A DNA stretch of 63,432 bases, the filler included, from Asterionella formosa (lineage: Eukaryota): the NCBI GenBank assembly GCA_002256025.1. It is 16 parts of 16 records of this genome, joined end to end, with 100 filler letters (N's around TTAATTAATTAA, not from the genome) between each part and the next. Parts side by side here need not be neighbours in the genome. Positions count along the whole stretch, not along the records: positions 61,420 to 63,432 come from NKIB01000634.1; 15 more parts are not named here. One strand, 5' to 3'. Below the pieces are notes generated by a model that had not been told where the DNA came from, ran no database searches, and saw only the letters and a program-made list of their open reading frames with translations. Shown piece after piece: positions 62,980-63,432 of the stretch; positions within the stretch are counted from its first letter, which is position 1, and each line of letters starts with the position of its first letter. The position numbers were made by a program, and so were the translations under genes.

Positions 62980-63432
62980 TGTGCCGGCACATATATTTCT
63001 TTGACTAGATAATATTATTGTTTTCGTTTTTTCTATTTTCTGCCTGTAGATTGTGCAGCTTCGGCGCATTTGCATGATGAACAAGATGATGAGGCGGAAC
63101 CCCGGATATACTCCAAGCAAGGAACACCAACAACGCTACAAGATGTACATACTAGATGTCCTGAAAATTACTCTACCTGTACCAGGTACCGTCGCTACTT
63201 GCTATATACCGGTATATTGATTTCCCGGTACCCTGGTACCAGTACCTTTGGCTGGGTTGAAGCGTCAGTCCGTTTTGCTTCGTACCAGGCACCAGATACC
63301 AGGTACCAGGGTACAGTATGAGCGCTGGCTGATCAGGAGCCTCAGCCAGCAGGCAGAGGTGTCAAAATTGATTCATCGCTCATGCGAGATGGGTCATACC
63401 GGTTGACCAATTAATAGTGACACCTACCGGTA

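Noticed and set aside
31758..63432. Apparent island clustering LINE, copia, transposase and CRN genes, including a tandem LINE pair
   Set aside because: Neighbours are unrelated contigs concatenated by size, so synteny is meaningless.

Overview
Eukaryotic nuclear DNA, most likely from a pennate diatom. The evidence is bipartite signal-peptide + ASAF-type plastid targeting motifs, CoDi-type copia and Gypsy remnants, short GT-AG introns and compact genes. Bases 1-31657 are one contig carrying about 11 genes: two alpha/beta hydrolases, a START-domain protein, a YjjX-type ITP/XTPase, a HAD-like protein, a DTW tRNA acp-transferase, a tandem pair of single-intron membrane LRR genes and several hypotheticals. 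These are separated by AT-rich, TE-derived spacers. From 31658 on, the window is an artificial concatenation of about 2.02 kb contigs in descending length, joined by N44-TTAATTAATTAA-N44 linkers, so adjacency there is not biological. Those contigs hold GC-rich APE-RT LINE copies, two copia fragments, a Gypsy end, IS630/Tc1-like transposase remnants, a TA-target MITE, a GT92-like gene and a spliced Crinkler (CRN)-type Ubl-NTPase-nuclease gene. The most notable signal is that intergenic DNA is saturated with TACCGGTA / TACCWGGTA. Comparison of repeat copies inside the window shows these motifs arising from a single TA, as expected for excision footprints of CCA...TGG-ended, TA-target transposons. 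One such MITE and its empty site are present, and all three copies of one Gypsy LTR family abut CCWGG.
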